NCBI RefSeq assembly: GCF_050943655.1
Contig: NZ_JBMNPQ010000001.1
Span: 15,238 to 79,237, forward strand
Source of the DNA: Peptoniphilus sp.
Lineage (GTDB): Bacteria; Bacillota; Clostridia; Tissierellales; Peptoniphilaceae
Direction: 5' to 3'
DNA length: 64,000 nucleotides
Shown here: positions 40,906 to 51,493 of the stretch, piece after piece
Layout of the letters: every line of letters begins with the position of its first letter
How positions within the stretch are numbered: the first letter of the stretch is position 1
Notes under the pieces: generated by a model
Database searches by the model: none
Told to the model about the DNA's origin: nothing
Seen by the model: only the letters and a program-made list of their open reading frames with translations
Program-made: the position numbers and the translations under genes

Positions 40906-42501
40906 CTATGCTTTAGATTTTCTTTTATTTTCAATTTTTGTTTTCATAATTCCCACAACGTCTCTGATTTCACGAACTCCTAAGTAGTATAGGCAGATTA
41001 CATAAATCACTGCGGCAATTAAAATTACAATTAAAAGAGCAATTAGCTTTAATAGAGTTGCTGTTCCGCCACTTGCAAAAGTCATAATCAGCTTTTCGTA
41101 TGGGAAGTAGGAAAGTGAAACCACTCCCATTACAACTGATGCCATGGCAGTCTTTATAAGAGCCTTTACAAAAGACCTTGCGCCCAACTTTCCAATCTTC
41201 TTTCTAAGAAGTATAAAGGAAATAATCACGGCAACAGTTGTGGAAATTGAAACTGATGCAGCAAGTCCATTTGTGCCATAGTGTTTTGCAACGGCAAGGT
41301 TAAGTCCAACGTTTAAAACTACGTTTACGACACCGATATAAAATGGAGTCTTCGTATCCTCTATTGAATAGAAAATTCTGTTAAGAACATTCGATAGCGA
41401 AATAGAGATAAGAGAGAGTGAATAGAATCTCAGTGTCGAAGTCGTCATAAGACCATCTGCAGATGTAAATGAACCTCTTACAAAGGCAATCTCAATTAAA
41501 GGACGAGCAAGGATTATCATTCCAATAGTTGCCGGCACTGTCAAGAAGAGAACTGACTTGATTGAGGCGTTCATAACTTTTTTGCCTCTAACCATGTCTC
41601 CACTTCCAAGAGTCCTTGTAAGTATAGGAAAGACTATGGCAGTTATTGCAGTTATAAATACTCCAATAATCATCGTGTTCATTTTATTTGCAAAGTATAA
41701 AATTGATGCTGCGCCTTTTCCCATTCCCGAAGCAAGGTTTCTATTTACGATAGTATTGATGTCATTTACAGAAACAGAAATAAATACTGGAAGGGCAAGG
41801 ACTATTGCATCCTTTACATACTTGTCGTTAAAGTCCAATATAAATTTTGGTCTGTAGCCAATTCTATAAGCACTTGGAAGAAGGAATATAAACTGTGCAA
41901 GAATACCAAGAACTGATGCCACAGTAAGTCCAATTATTCCAACATGATGTGAGAATAAAAGTAAGTAGACGATGTATGTCATGTTAAGTGGTATTGCAAT
42001 TGCTCCTGCAGCGGCGAACTTGCCACCATGTTGAAGATATCCTGTCAAAACTCCAACCCATGCTGAGAATAAAACTACGGGCATTCCAACTTGTATTAAT
42101 TTTACGACTATTTCGTAAGTTTCTGGGTCTGCTTGAGATGCAGTTAAAAGTGCAATCTCCTGTGGAAAAATTATTCCAAGAGCAATTATGACAAAAGAAA
42201 CTAGAGTCGAAATCACAAGTAAGTTATTTGTAAAATAATTTTTGCGTTCGTGTCCAAGGTCTGTCTCGGCTTTTTGGACAGAAGGTATATATGTTGTTGC
42301 GATAGCTTGTGTTACAAAACCTGCAATCATAGCTGTGGCAGCTTGTGCAAGTGAGAAGGCATCCATTTCAGTGCCTGCTCCAAAGACATATGCAGTTAAG
42401 GATTCTCTAGCAAAACCAAAGACTTTTCCTATTAAAGAAAATATTATAATTGCCAGAGTGGATTTTGCAATTTTGCTACCTGTGGTACTATTATTTTCCA
42501 A
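40906..42501 (-). CDS. murJ: MurJ/MviN family flippase
   Basis: GKVFGFARE, MDAFSLA, LYFANKM and IFYSIEDTKTP motifs. TTG start. Confidence 0.85.
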   Translation of the reverse strand: MENNSTTGSKIAKSTLAIIIFSLIGKVFGFARESLTAYVFGAGTEMDAFSLAQAATAMIAGFVTQAIATTYIPSVQKAETDLGHERKNYFTNNLLVISTLVSFVIIALGIIFPQEIALLTASQADPETYEIVVKLIQVGMPVVLFSAWVGVLTGYLQHGGKFAAAGAIAIPLNMTYIVYLLLFSHHVGIIGLTVASVLGILAQFIFLLPSAYRIGYRPKFILDFNDKYVKDAIVLALPVFISVSVNDINTIVNRNLASGMGKGAASILYFANKMNTMIIGVFITAITAIVFPILTRTLGSGDMVRGKKVMNASIKSVLFLTVPATIGMIILARPLIEIAFVRGSFTSADGLMTTSTLRFYSLSLISISLSNVLNRIFYSIEDTKTPFYIGVVNVVLNVGLNLAVAKHYGTNGLAASVSISTTVAVIISFILLRKKIGKLGARSFVKALIKTAMASVVMGVVSLSYFPYEKLIMTFASGGTATLLKLIALLIVILIAAVIYVICLYYLGVREIRDVVGIMKTKIENKRKSKA

Positions 42502-42644
42502 TTTAAAATCTCCTTTGATATCTTTATTGATTATAAATTGTAGAGATTTTTATGTCAAGAAAATACAGTTCAAAAGGAAGGCAGATGTAAATACTTTGTA
42601 AATATGTTATTATTGATAGTGTATATCATGTAAAGGAGGAAAAG

Positions 42645-44390
42645 ATGAGCAATACAAAACTTATAAAGAAAATATTACCTTATTTTCATAAATACAGATT
42701 TACTTTAATGCTCGATTTAATTTGTGCGGCTTTTACGACGGCAAGTGAAATGATACTTCCACTACTTCTTAGAAAACTCACAAGCGTTGGGATGGAAGAT
42801 ATAACTCTTATAACGGCATCATTTATAACAAAGCTTGCACTAATATATTTAGTTATAAAAGTAATCGAAGTAATCGCTCAGTATTTTATGACAAATATAG
42901 GTCATATTATGGGTGCAAAAATTGAAACGGACATGAGGCGCGACCTTTATTCACATCTTCAAACTCTTTCCTATTCATTCTACAATGAGACAAAAGTCGG
43001 CGTCATTATGTCAAGGATCACAAACGACCTATTCGACATAACTGAATTTGCCCATCACTGTCCAGAGGAATATTTTATAGGCGCAATAAAAATATTAATA
43101 TCAATGATTATTCTTCTATCTATAAATGTAAAGATGACCATCTTAATTTATCTCATGATACCTCTTATGATTTATTTTGCTGGTCACTATAGAACGAAGA
43201 TGCGAGAAGCGCAAAAGGCTCAAAAAGTTCACGTCGGACACTTAAACTCTGCAATCGAAGACTCACTTCTTGGAATAAGAGTGGTAAAATCTTTTGCCAA
43301 CGAAGATATTGAAAATGAAAAATTCATGTACGAAAACAACAAGTTTTTGGGAATCAAAAAATCATTTTACAAGTCCATGGCAGGTTTTAACACAGTTACA
43401 AGAATTTTTGATGGGCTCATGTACATTGTATTAATCGTAACAGGTGGATATTTCATGATGAATGGAGAGATCCATCCACAGGACTTAATCGTCTATGTAA
43501 TGTATGTTCAATCACTTCTTGCAACAGTAAAGAGAATTGTAGAATTTACAGAGCAGTTCCAAAAGGGAATGACTGGAATCGAAAGATTTACAGAGATAAT
43601 GAGCATAAAGCCAGAAATTTACGACAAAGACGGTGCAATATCTTACGACAATGTTAAGGGAGATATTGAATTTAGAGATGTAACTTTTGCCTACGAAAAG
43701 GGAGATAGGAATGTACTAGAAAACTTTAACTGCGACATTAAAGCTGGTCAAAAACTTGCAATAGTTGGGCCAAGTGGAGCGGGCAAGACTACAATCTGTA
43801 ACCTAATACCGAGATTTTACGACGTAAATAGCGGAAGCATTTTAGTTGATGGTCACGATGTGCGAGACATTAAACTTAAATCCCTTAGAGAAAATATTGG
43901 AATAGTTCAGCAAGATGTATATTTATTCTCGGGAACTGTTAAGGATAACATTGCCTATGGAAAGCCGGGAGCAAGTGATGTAGAAATCATAGAAGCAGCC
44001 CGACTTGCTGGAGCTTATGATTTTATAATGGCACTTCCCGATGGATTTGACACTTATGTTGGAGAGAGGGGAGTAAAACTTTCTGGAGGACAAAAGCAAA
44101 GAATTTCTATTGCAAGAGTCTTTTTAAAGAACCCACCAATCTTAATACTCGACGAGGCAACTTCTGCACTTGATAACAAGAGCGAGATGGTAGTTCAGGA
44201 CTCAATCGAAAAATTATCAAAGGGAAGAACTACACTTACAATTGCACACAGACTAACAACTGTTCAAAATGCAGATTTAATTCTTGTCATGACAAAAGAC
44301 GGAATAGTTGAGCGCGGTACTCACGAAGATCTCATGAAAAACAGAGGATACTACTACAATTTATATACAAAGGGCGGAAGGCTTGAGTAG
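42645..44390 (+). CDS. ABC exporter, fused permease/ATPase (MdlB-like)
   Basis: GPSGAGKTT, LSGGQKQR and LILDEATSALD motifs. Confidence 0.92.
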   Translation: MSNTKLIKKILPYFHKYRFTLMLDLICAAFTTASEMILPLLLRKLTSVGMEDITLITASFITKLALIYLVIKVIEVIAQYFMTNIGHIMGAKIETDMRRDLYSHLQTLSYSFYNETKVGVIMSRITNDLFDITEFAHHCPEEYFIGAIKILISMIILLSINVKMTILIYLMIPLMIYFAGHYRTKMREAQKAQKVHVGHLNSAIEDSLLGIRVVKSFANEDIENEKFMYENNKFLGIKKSFYKSMAGFNTVTRIFDGLMYIVLIVTGGYFMMNGEIHPQDLIVYVMYVQSLLATVKRIVEFTEQFQKGMTGIERFTEIMSIKPEIYDKDGAISYDNVKGDIEFRDVTFAYEKGDRNVLENFNCDIKAGQKLAIVGPSGAGKTTICNLIPRFYDVNSGSILVDGHDVRDIKLKSLRENIGIVQQDVYLFSGTVKDNIAYGKPGASDVEIIEAARLAGAYDFIMALPDGFDTYVGERGVKLSGGQKQRISIARVFLKNPPILILDEATSALDNKSEMVVQDSIEKLSKGRTTLTIAHRLTTVQNADLILVMTKDGIVERGTHEDLMKNRGYYYNLYTKGGRLE

Positions 44391-44452
44391 TATAATATAA
44401 ATATGGGTACTTTGTACTATAGCAGAATAAATTTTAAACTGAGGGGTGCCAT

Positions 44453-45028
44453 ATGCAAAATTATTTTGAGATGATTAAAAATAGAAGATCTTACTACAAT
44501 TTATCAGAAGGAATTGATCTTTCAAACGAAGAAGTAAAATATATTTTTGAAGATATATTAAACACAACTCCTTCTGCAATGAATTCTCAACCAGTTAGAG
44601 TAGTGTTATTATTCGATGACAAGTCAAAAGAATTTTGGACAAAAGTAAATGAAACTTACGACAACAAAATCGACAAGGACAAATTTCACGGATTTTTCCA
44701 CGCAAAGGGAACTGCGCTTTACTTTATTGACGACGATGTAGTTAGAAAGATGGAAAAAGATATTCCAAGTTATGCCGACAGGATGGAGCAGTGGGCAGAG
44801 CACGGATGTGCAATGATTCAGCTTAACGCTTGGCAAGGACTAAGAGAAGAAAACATTGGAGCAAGCCTTCAACATTATAATCCACACATTGACAAGTGGG
44901 TTAGAGATCTATATGATCTTCCAGAAAATTATAGACTTGTTGCACAAATGCCTTTTGGAAAAATTGAAGAAGAGCCAGAAGAAAAAGATAAAGCTCCAAT
45001 GGATAAGTTATTAAAAGTATTTGAATAA
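44453..45028 (+). CDS. Nitroreductase family protein (Frm2/Hbn1-like)
   Basis: NRRSYY, TPSAMNSQ, GASLQHYNP and AQMPFG motifs. Confidence 0.85.
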   Translation: MQNYFEMIKNRRSYYNLSEGIDLSNEEVKYIFEDILNTTPSAMNSQPVRVVLLFDDKSKEFWTKVNETYDNKIDKDKFHGFFHAKGTALYFIDDDVVRKMEKDIPSYADRMEQWAEHGCAMIQLNAWQGLREENIGASLQHYNPHIDKWVRDLYDLPENYRLVAQMPFGKIEEEPEEKDKAPMDKLLKVFE

Positions 45029-45242
45029 ATTAATTTTAGTTAAAAACTTTTAAATTTCCAAAAAAATTTACAAATACTCTAAAAGTTGTATTTCAATGGG
45101 AAAACGTAGATTTTTCTTAAATAAATAACCATTTGTAATACTTTAATCAGTTGAATAATATTATTTTATTTATTATAATAGTGTTGTAGCAAATTTTTGT
45201 TTACAGCATTATTTTTATTATTTATTTAAGGAGGAGAATGTA

Positions 45243-46016
45243 ATGACTTATTTTGTTGACTTAAACAGTGATATCGGAGAATCTTTTGGTGCATACAAAA
45301 TTGGTATGGATGAAGAGATAGTAAAGCATGTCACTAGTATTAACTGTGCATGTGGTTTTCACGCAGGTGACCCATTAATTATGGACAAGACTGTTGCCGC
45401 AGCTGTTGAAAACGATGTACAAATTGGAGCTCACCCTGGATATCCAGACCTAATGGGATTCGGTAGAAGAAAAATGGCGGTAAAACCTGAGGAAGCAAGA
45501 GCTTATATGCTTTATCAAGTTGGAGCGCTTGATGCTTTTGCTAAAGCTCACGGAAGAAGACTTCAACACATGAAACTTCACGGTGCATTCTACAACACTG
45601 CTTGTAACGACGAAGCGCTTGCAAACGCAGTTCTAGATGCAGTAGAAGAGTATGACAAAGATTTAATCCTTATGGTTTTAAGTGGCTCATACATAGCTAA
45701 AGAAGGTAAGAAGAGAGGACTTAGAGTTGCTCAAGAAGTATTTGCAGACAGAGGCTACAATGAAGATGGATCTCTTGTAAATAGATCACTTCCAGGAGCA
45801 TTCGTAAAAGATCCTAAAGAAGCAATTCCTAGAGTAATCAAAATGATTAAGGAAAACAAAGTAGTTACTGCTGATGGAAAAGAAATTGACATCGTAGCAG
45901 ATTCAATCTGTGTTCACGGTGACAACCCACAAGCAATTGAGTTCGTTAAAAATATTAGAAAAGGTTTAGAAGAAGAAGGCATTGTTGTTAAACCTTTAGT
46001 TGATTTCTTAAAATAG
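45243..46016 (+). CDS. pxpA: 5-oxoprolinase subunit A (LamB/YcsF)
   Basis: DLNSDIGESFG, ACGFHAGDP, HMKLHGA and SICVHGD motifs. Confidence 0.92.
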   Translation: MTYFVDLNSDIGESFGAYKIGMDEEIVKHVTSINCACGFHAGDPLIMDKTVAAAVENDVQIGAHPGYPDLMGFGRRKMAVKPEEARAYMLYQVGALDAFAKAHGRRLQHMKLHGAFYNTACNDEALANAVLDAVEEYDKDLILMVLSGSYIAKEGKKRGLRVAQEVFADRGYNEDGSLVNRSLPGAFVKDPKEAIPRVIKMIKENKVVTADGKEIDIVADSICVHGDNPQAIEFVKNIRKGLEEEGIVVKPLVDFLK

Positions 46017-46026
46017 GAGGATAATC

Positions 46027-47223
46027 ATGACAGAAAAAAAAGCTAACTGGTCGGTACTATTAGGTGCTGCATTTTTGATGGCAACATCTGCAATTGGACC
46101 AGGATTTATGACTCAAACTGCTACTTTTACAACAAGTCTTGGAGCAGACTTTGCAGCAGTAATTCTATTTTCAATTCTTATGTCTTATGTAGCGCAACTT
46201 AACGTATGGAGAGTAATTGCCGTTTCTAAAATGAGAGGGCAAGATATTGCAAATAAAGTTTTACCAGGTCTTGGATATGTAATAGCAATCCTAGTAGCAC
46301 TTGGCGGTCTTGCATTTAACATCGGTAACGTTGGTGGAGCAGGACAAGGTCTTAATGTAATTTTTGGCATTGACATTAGAATCGGTGCAGCAATTGGTGG
46401 ACTAATCGGAATCATCATTTTCTCATCTAAATCTGCAAGTACAGCAATGGATAAACTTACACAAGTTTTAGGTGCAGCAATGATTATACTTATAGCTTTT
46501 GTAGCTATAAAAACTAAACCTCCTGTTGGAGAAGCAGTTGCATCAGCTGTAGTTCCAAAGGGCGGATACAACTCAATCATCCCAGCAACTCTTACACTAA
46601 TCGGTGGTACTGTTGGTGGATACATTGTATTCTCTGGTGGTCACAGACTTATTGATGCTGGTATCGTTGGTGAAGAACACTTACCAGATGTAAACAGATC
46701 AGCTTCTCTTGGAGTATTAGTAGCATTCATAGTTAGAGTACTTCTATTCCTAGCTATCCTTGGTGTTACAAAAATGGCTAATGCTGATATCGACCCTGAT
46801 AACATCGCAGCTTCTTCATTTAAAGCAGCATCTGGTATCGTTGGTTACAAGATATTCGGTATAGTTTTCGCTTCAGCAGCTTTCACATCTGTTGTAGGGG
46901 CAGCTTATACTTCAGTATCTTTCTTAAAGACATTATTTAAACCAGTAGCTGAAAGAGAAAATTTAGTAACAATATTATTTATCGTTGTTTCAACAATAAT
47001 ATTTATATTTATCGGTCAACCACAAACTCTACTTGTTGTTGTAGGAACACTTAACGGATTTATCTTGCCGATAACTCTAGCAGTAATTCTTGTAGCATCT
47101 AAGAAGAAGAGCATTGTTGGAGACTATAAACACTCTAATTTACTTTTCGTTCTTGGCTGGATAGTAGTAGCTATTACAGCTTTCATGGGAATTAAGACAT
47201 TAATAGGAAACCTTGGACTATAA
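46027..47223 (+). CDS. NRAMP-like YcsG transporter (probable 5-oxoproline uptake)
   Basis: ATSAIGPGFMTQTA and GGTVGGY motifs, located in the pxp operon. Confidence 0.8.
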   Translation: MTEKKANWSVLLGAAFLMATSAIGPGFMTQTATFTTSLGADFAAVILFSILMSYVAQLNVWRVIAVSKMRGQDIANKVLPGLGYVIAILVALGGLAFNIGNVGGAGQGLNVIFGIDIRIGAAIGGLIGIIIFSSKSASTAMDKLTQVLGAAMIILIAFVAIKTKPPVGEAVASAVVPKGGYNSIIPATLTLIGGTVGGYIVFSGGHRLIDAGIVGEEHLPDVNRSASLGVLVAFIVRVLLFLAILGVTKMANADIDPDNIAASSFKAASGIVGYKIFGIVFASAAFTSVVGAAYTSVSFLKTLFKPVAERENLVTILFIVVSTIIFIFIGQPQTLLVVVGTLNGFILPITLAVILVASKKKSIVGDYKHSNLLFVLGWIVVAITAFMGIKTLIGNLGL

Positions 47224-47241
47224 AGAGAAAAGGAGAGTTAA

Positions 47242-47988
47242 ATGTATAAAGAAATAAAATTTCTACCAGCAGGCGATAGTGCTCTAGTAATGGAATTTGG
47301 AGATACTATCGAAAAAGAAATTAACGCAAATATTGCAGCAGTGGTAGAAAATTTAAAAAAAGAAAAAGTAGACGGAGTAGTAGACATATTGCCTACTTAC
47401 AGATCTATTTTAATCAACTATGACCCTATAAAATTAACTTTTAACGAGCTAGTTGATATATTAAATAACTTAAAAACAGGCGGAGCAGGAAATGTAAGTG
47501 AATATGTAAGGCTTGTAGAAATTCCTACACTTTATGGTGGAGAATATGGCCCTGATATCGCATTTGTTGCAGAGCACGCTAATATGAGTGAAGATGAAGT
47601 AATAAAAATTCACTCTGGAACAGATTATTTAGTTTACATGATGGGATTCATGCCAGGCTTTACTTACCTTGGAGGACTAGATGAAAGAATAGCAACACCA
47701 AGACTAAAGAGCCCAAGACTTAAAATTGAACCAGGGTCTGTAGGTATTGCATCTAACCAAACAGGTATGTATCCACTAGAATCACCTGGAGGATGGCAAT
47801 TAATAGGACGAACACCTGTAAAACTATTCGACGAAACTGTAAACCCACCAGTATTCATCCAAGCTGGAGACTACATTAGATATGTCCCAATAACTGAAGA
47901 TGAATATAACAAAATAAAAAAACAAGTAGACAACAAAGAGTACAAAGTCAAGATCGAGAAGGTTAAAAGGAGTGAGCTAAATGAGTAG
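47242..47988 (+). CDS. pxpB: 5-oxoprolinase subunit B (KipI)
   Basis: GFMPGFTYLGG, GSVGIA and SPGGWQLIGRT motifs. Confidence 0.92.
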   Translation: MYKEIKFLPAGDSALVMEFGDTIEKEINANIAAVVENLKKEKVDGVVDILPTYRSILINYDPIKLTFNELVDILNNLKTGGAGNVSEYVRLVEIPTLYGGEYGPDIAFVAEHANMSEDEVIKIHSGTDYLVYMMGFMPGFTYLGGLDERIATPRLKSPRLKIEPGSVGIASNQTGMYPLESPGGWQLIGRTPVKLFDETVNPPVFIQAGDYIRYVPITEDEYNKIKKQVDNKEYKVKIEKVKRSELNE

Positions 47989-48928
47989 TATTGATGTAAT
48001 AAATGGTGGAATACTGACAACTATTCAAGACAGTGGAAGATATGGCTATCAAGAACTAGGCATTCCTACTTCTGGAGTTATGGACGATTACAACTATAAA
48101 CTTGCTAACATTCTTGTTGGAAATGATTTAAAAGAGGCAGTCCTTGAAACAATTTATTTTGGACCAACTCTTAAATTTAACGAGGACTTAGTTATTGCAC
48201 TAACAGGTGCAAACATGAGCCCAAAAATAAATGGAAAAGATGCTCCAATGTTTGAATCAATAGAAGTAAAAGCAGGAGACACTCTACAATTTGGCAAAAT
48301 GAAAGAAGGCCTTAGAGGTTACATTGCTTTTGCAGGTTCAATTGATGTTCCCGTAGTAAACGGATCAAAGTCAACTCACATAAAAACAAAAATGGGTGGA
48401 CTTGACGGAAGAGCATTAAAACCAAAAGATGAACTTAACATCATAAAACCAAAATCAAAACCAAAGATGAGAAAAATTCCTGCAAAATACTTGCCTAAAT
48501 TCTCACACTTTAATATCTTAAGAGTTGTACTTGGACCACAAGACGATTACTTTACAGAAAAGGGAATCCACGATTTATTTAGATCTGGGGGATATCAAGT
48601 TACAAAAGAACTTGACAGAATGGGAATAAGACTTAAAGGTGAAAAGATTGAACACAAAGAAACTGCAGATATAATATCTGATGGTACAGCATTTGGTTCA
48701 ATTCAAGTACCAGCAAACGGACAACCTATTATCCTATGTGCTGACAGACAAACAACTGGTGGATATACAAAAATAGGAACTGTAATAAGCGCCGACTTGC
48801 ACAAATTAGCACACATGAACTTCCTTGACAAAATAGTTTTTGACAGAGTAAGTGTAGAAGAAGCAAATAAAATTGCAAGAGAATATGATGCACAGTTTAA
48901 GAAAATTATTGAGGAGTCAGTAATATGA
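47981..48928 (+). CDS. pxpC: 5-oxoprolinase subunit C (KipA)
   Basis: TTIQDSGRYG, DRMGIRL and DRQTTGGYTKI motifs. Confidence 0.92.
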   Translation: MSSIDVINGGILTTIQDSGRYGYQELGIPTSGVMDDYNYKLANILVGNDLKEAVLETIYFGPTLKFNEDLVIALTGANMSPKINGKDAPMFESIEVKAGDTLQFGKMKEGLRGYIAFAGSIDVPVVNGSKSTHIKTKMGGLDGRALKPKDELNIIKPKSKPKMRKIPAKYLPKFSHFNILRVVLGPQDDYFTEKGIHDLFRSGGYQVTKELDRMGIRLKGEKIEHKETADIISDGTAFGSIQVPANGQPIILCADRQTTGGYTKIGTVISADLHKLAHMNFLDKIVFDRVSVEEANKIAREYDAQFKKIIEESVI

Positions 48929-49722
48929 AATTAAGTGAACTAGCAAAGATGAGCCCAAAAGAAGTAAGAGAACTTATTAGAAAAGGCGAAGTTAATGCGC
49001 CAACTTCTGGCATGAGTGAAGGATACTTGCAAGCAAACCTTGCAATACTTCCAAAAAAATATGCCTATGACTTCTTGCTATTTGCACAAAGAAATCCAAA
49101 ACCATGTCCAATACTTGAAGTACTAGATGAAGGATCATCTCTTACAAAAATAATGGCAGATGGCGCGGATATAAAGACAGACGTGCCAAAATATAGAATC
49201 TATAAAAATGGAGAATATGAAAAAGAAGTAACTGATCTTAAAGACGTATGGCAAGATGACTTCGTAACATTTGTAATAGGATGCTCATTCTCCTTTGAAA
49301 AAGCAATGCTTGAAGCAGATGTACCTGTAAGACACATTGAAGACGAACACAATGTTCCAATGTATATTACAAATATAGAATGTGAAAGCGCAGGAGTATT
49401 CCACGGAAACACTGTAGTATCAATGAGACCTATACCTTATAAAGATGTAGTAAAAGCAACTACAGTAACAGCAAGATTCCCTGCAACACATGGTGCACCA
49501 ATTCACATTGGAGACCCATCTGTAATAGGAATTAAAGACATTGACAAACCTGACTTTGGCGAAAGAAGTGAAATAAGAGAGGGCGAAGTGCCAGTATTCT
49601 GGGCTTGTGGAGTAACACCTCAAGCAGTGGCTATGGCATCTAAACCTGACATTATGATAACTCACGCACCAGGACATATGCTTATCTTAGATAAAAAAGA
49701 CGCATACGTTTCAGTATTTTAA
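48925..49722 (+). CDS. DUF1445/YcsI putative hydro-lyase (D-glutamate cyclase-like)
   Basis: QANLAILP, RNPKPCP, GCSFSFE, FWACGVTPQ and ITHAPGHM motifs. Confidence 0.88.
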   Translation: MKLSELAKMSPKEVRELIRKGEVNAPTSGMSEGYLQANLAILPKKYAYDFLLFAQRNPKPCPILEVLDEGSSLTKIMADGADIKTDVPKYRIYKNGEYEKEVTDLKDVWQDDFVTFVIGCSFSFEKAMLEADVPVRHIEDEHNVPMYITNIECESAGVFHGNTVVSMRPIPYKDVVKATTVTARFPATHGAPIHIGDPSVIGIKDIDKPDFGERSEIREGEVPVFWACGVTPQAVAMASKPDIMITHAPGHMLILDKKDAYVSVF

Positions 49723-49826
49723 TTAAATATAATTAGAAAGTAGAAAGATTTTGACTGAGCTTAATTGGTCAAAATCTTTTTTTGCTTACATGAATCCATG
49801 TAGAGTTGAAAAAATAAAAAATAGAA

Positions 49827-51130
49827 CAAACGAAAAAAGGTATGATGCGAGACACGTCAGGGGCCGCTCGGCCAAGTGACGTTCCCCTGACATATCCTTT
49901 TTTCTATTTTTAAAGAATTTAAAAAACCTCTCGACCGTCATCCCGAGCTTGCCGAGGGATCTGCACCTTCTGGAGAAATAACCTCATCGTCTTAAAGAAA
50001 AAACCTCCCTACCGTCATCCCGAGCGAACGTGAAACGCGAGTCGAGGGATCTGCAAAGTTATCAAGCGAGAACTAATCGTCTTGACTAAAAAACCTTATG
50101 GAGATCCTTAAAAGAATAAAAAATAATTAAACAAACGAAAAAAGGTATGATGCGAGACACGCTCGAGGCCGCTCGGCCAAGCTAATGGTCTCTGCATCAT
50201 ATCCTTTTTTCTATTTATGAAGAATTTGGAAAACTTCCCGGTCGTCATCACGAGCGTTCTCTGAGGGATCTGCACCTTACGTAAAAAACCTAATTGTCTT
50301 AACGAGAAGTCTCTCACTCGTCATCTTGAGCGAGAGCTTTGCTCGAGTCGAAAGATCTGCACCTTCTGGAGAAACAACCTCATCGTCTTAAAGAAAAAAT
50401 CTCCCACCCGTCATCCCGAGTGAGCGTGAAACGCGAGCCGAGGGATCTGCACCTTACTGAGAAATAACCTAATCATCTTAACGAGAAGTCTCTCACTCGT
50501 CATCTTGAGCGTAAAAAAATTCGTAAGAATTTTTTGAAGTCGAAAGATCTGCAACTTGTGAAGAAACAGCCCCATCGTCTTAAAGAAAAAACCTCCCACC
50601 CGTCATCCCGAGCTTGCCGAGGGATCTGCAAAGTCATCGAGCGAGAATTAATCGTATTAAAGAGACAATTTAAAGGAGAGACTCCAAAACACTTTTCTGT
50701 CAAGACGATAACACATCGTTCCCTAGTCTCCACAGATCCTTTATAGACCTAACAGAAATCTTTGATTTCGTTGTAGGTCTTATGCTGTAAGTGCGACTCC
50801 ACTTCAGGCTATGCCTTCCGTTCCGCTCAGAATGACGTTGAATGGGATAGTTTTCTATATAAAGCCGATAAATCATAGGCGCAGTAGCGCTCTATTTAAG
50901 TCTCAACCTTTACACACCAGTCATCCCAAGCGAGCAAAGCGAGTCGAAAGATCTGCACCTTCTGGAGAAACAACCTCATCGTCTTAAAGAAACAACCTCC
51001 CGACCGTCATCCCGAGCTTGCCGAGGGATCTGCAAAGTAATCTAACGAGAACTAATCGTCTTAATGTAAAAGCGTAAAGGAGAAGACCTCAAAAACCCTT
51101 TCTCTTCAAAACGCCAACACATCACTTCCG
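49827..51130. repeat. Cluster 3 of CGTC-tagged repeats (mainly a head-to-tail array) with two copies of the second hairpin element
   Basis: Forward units at 49936, 50013, 50243, 50319, 50409, 50498, 50601, 50919 and 51005, inverted unit at 50733-50837. Confidence 0.9.
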
Positions 51131-51378
51131 CAACCCTATAGCTCCTTAAATTTTAATAGCTTCGTTTTACAATCTCTCTTTCCAATCCTTAGTCCCAACA
51201 ACATCAAGGTAATATTTTCTCAATTAAAAATCCAAATTCCAACAAAATTGTACTTTTAAAGTATAAAATTTCAAAAAATTAATTAAATTTTACAAAAATT
51301 ATATTAAATCAAAAAAACCTCAATCTTAAAACAGTGTTAATTAAAGCCTTTGTTTTTATTAAGTGTTGTTAAAGGAAT

Positions 51379-51395
51379 TGTTACAAATTTGTTAA
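51379..51395 (+). promoter_or_regulatory. WalR/OmpR-type direct repeat upstream of SLH gene 2
   Basis: TGTTAC-AAATT-TGTTAA, with an extra TGTTAA at 51367. Confidence 0.5.
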
Positions 51396-51493
51396 ATTAT
51401 CAAAGAATTGTTTAAAATTGTATTTTTGCGTTTTGTATGGGGTATAATCTAACCAAGGGAAAATGTTTTATATAATTAAAAAGGAGGTTAATC

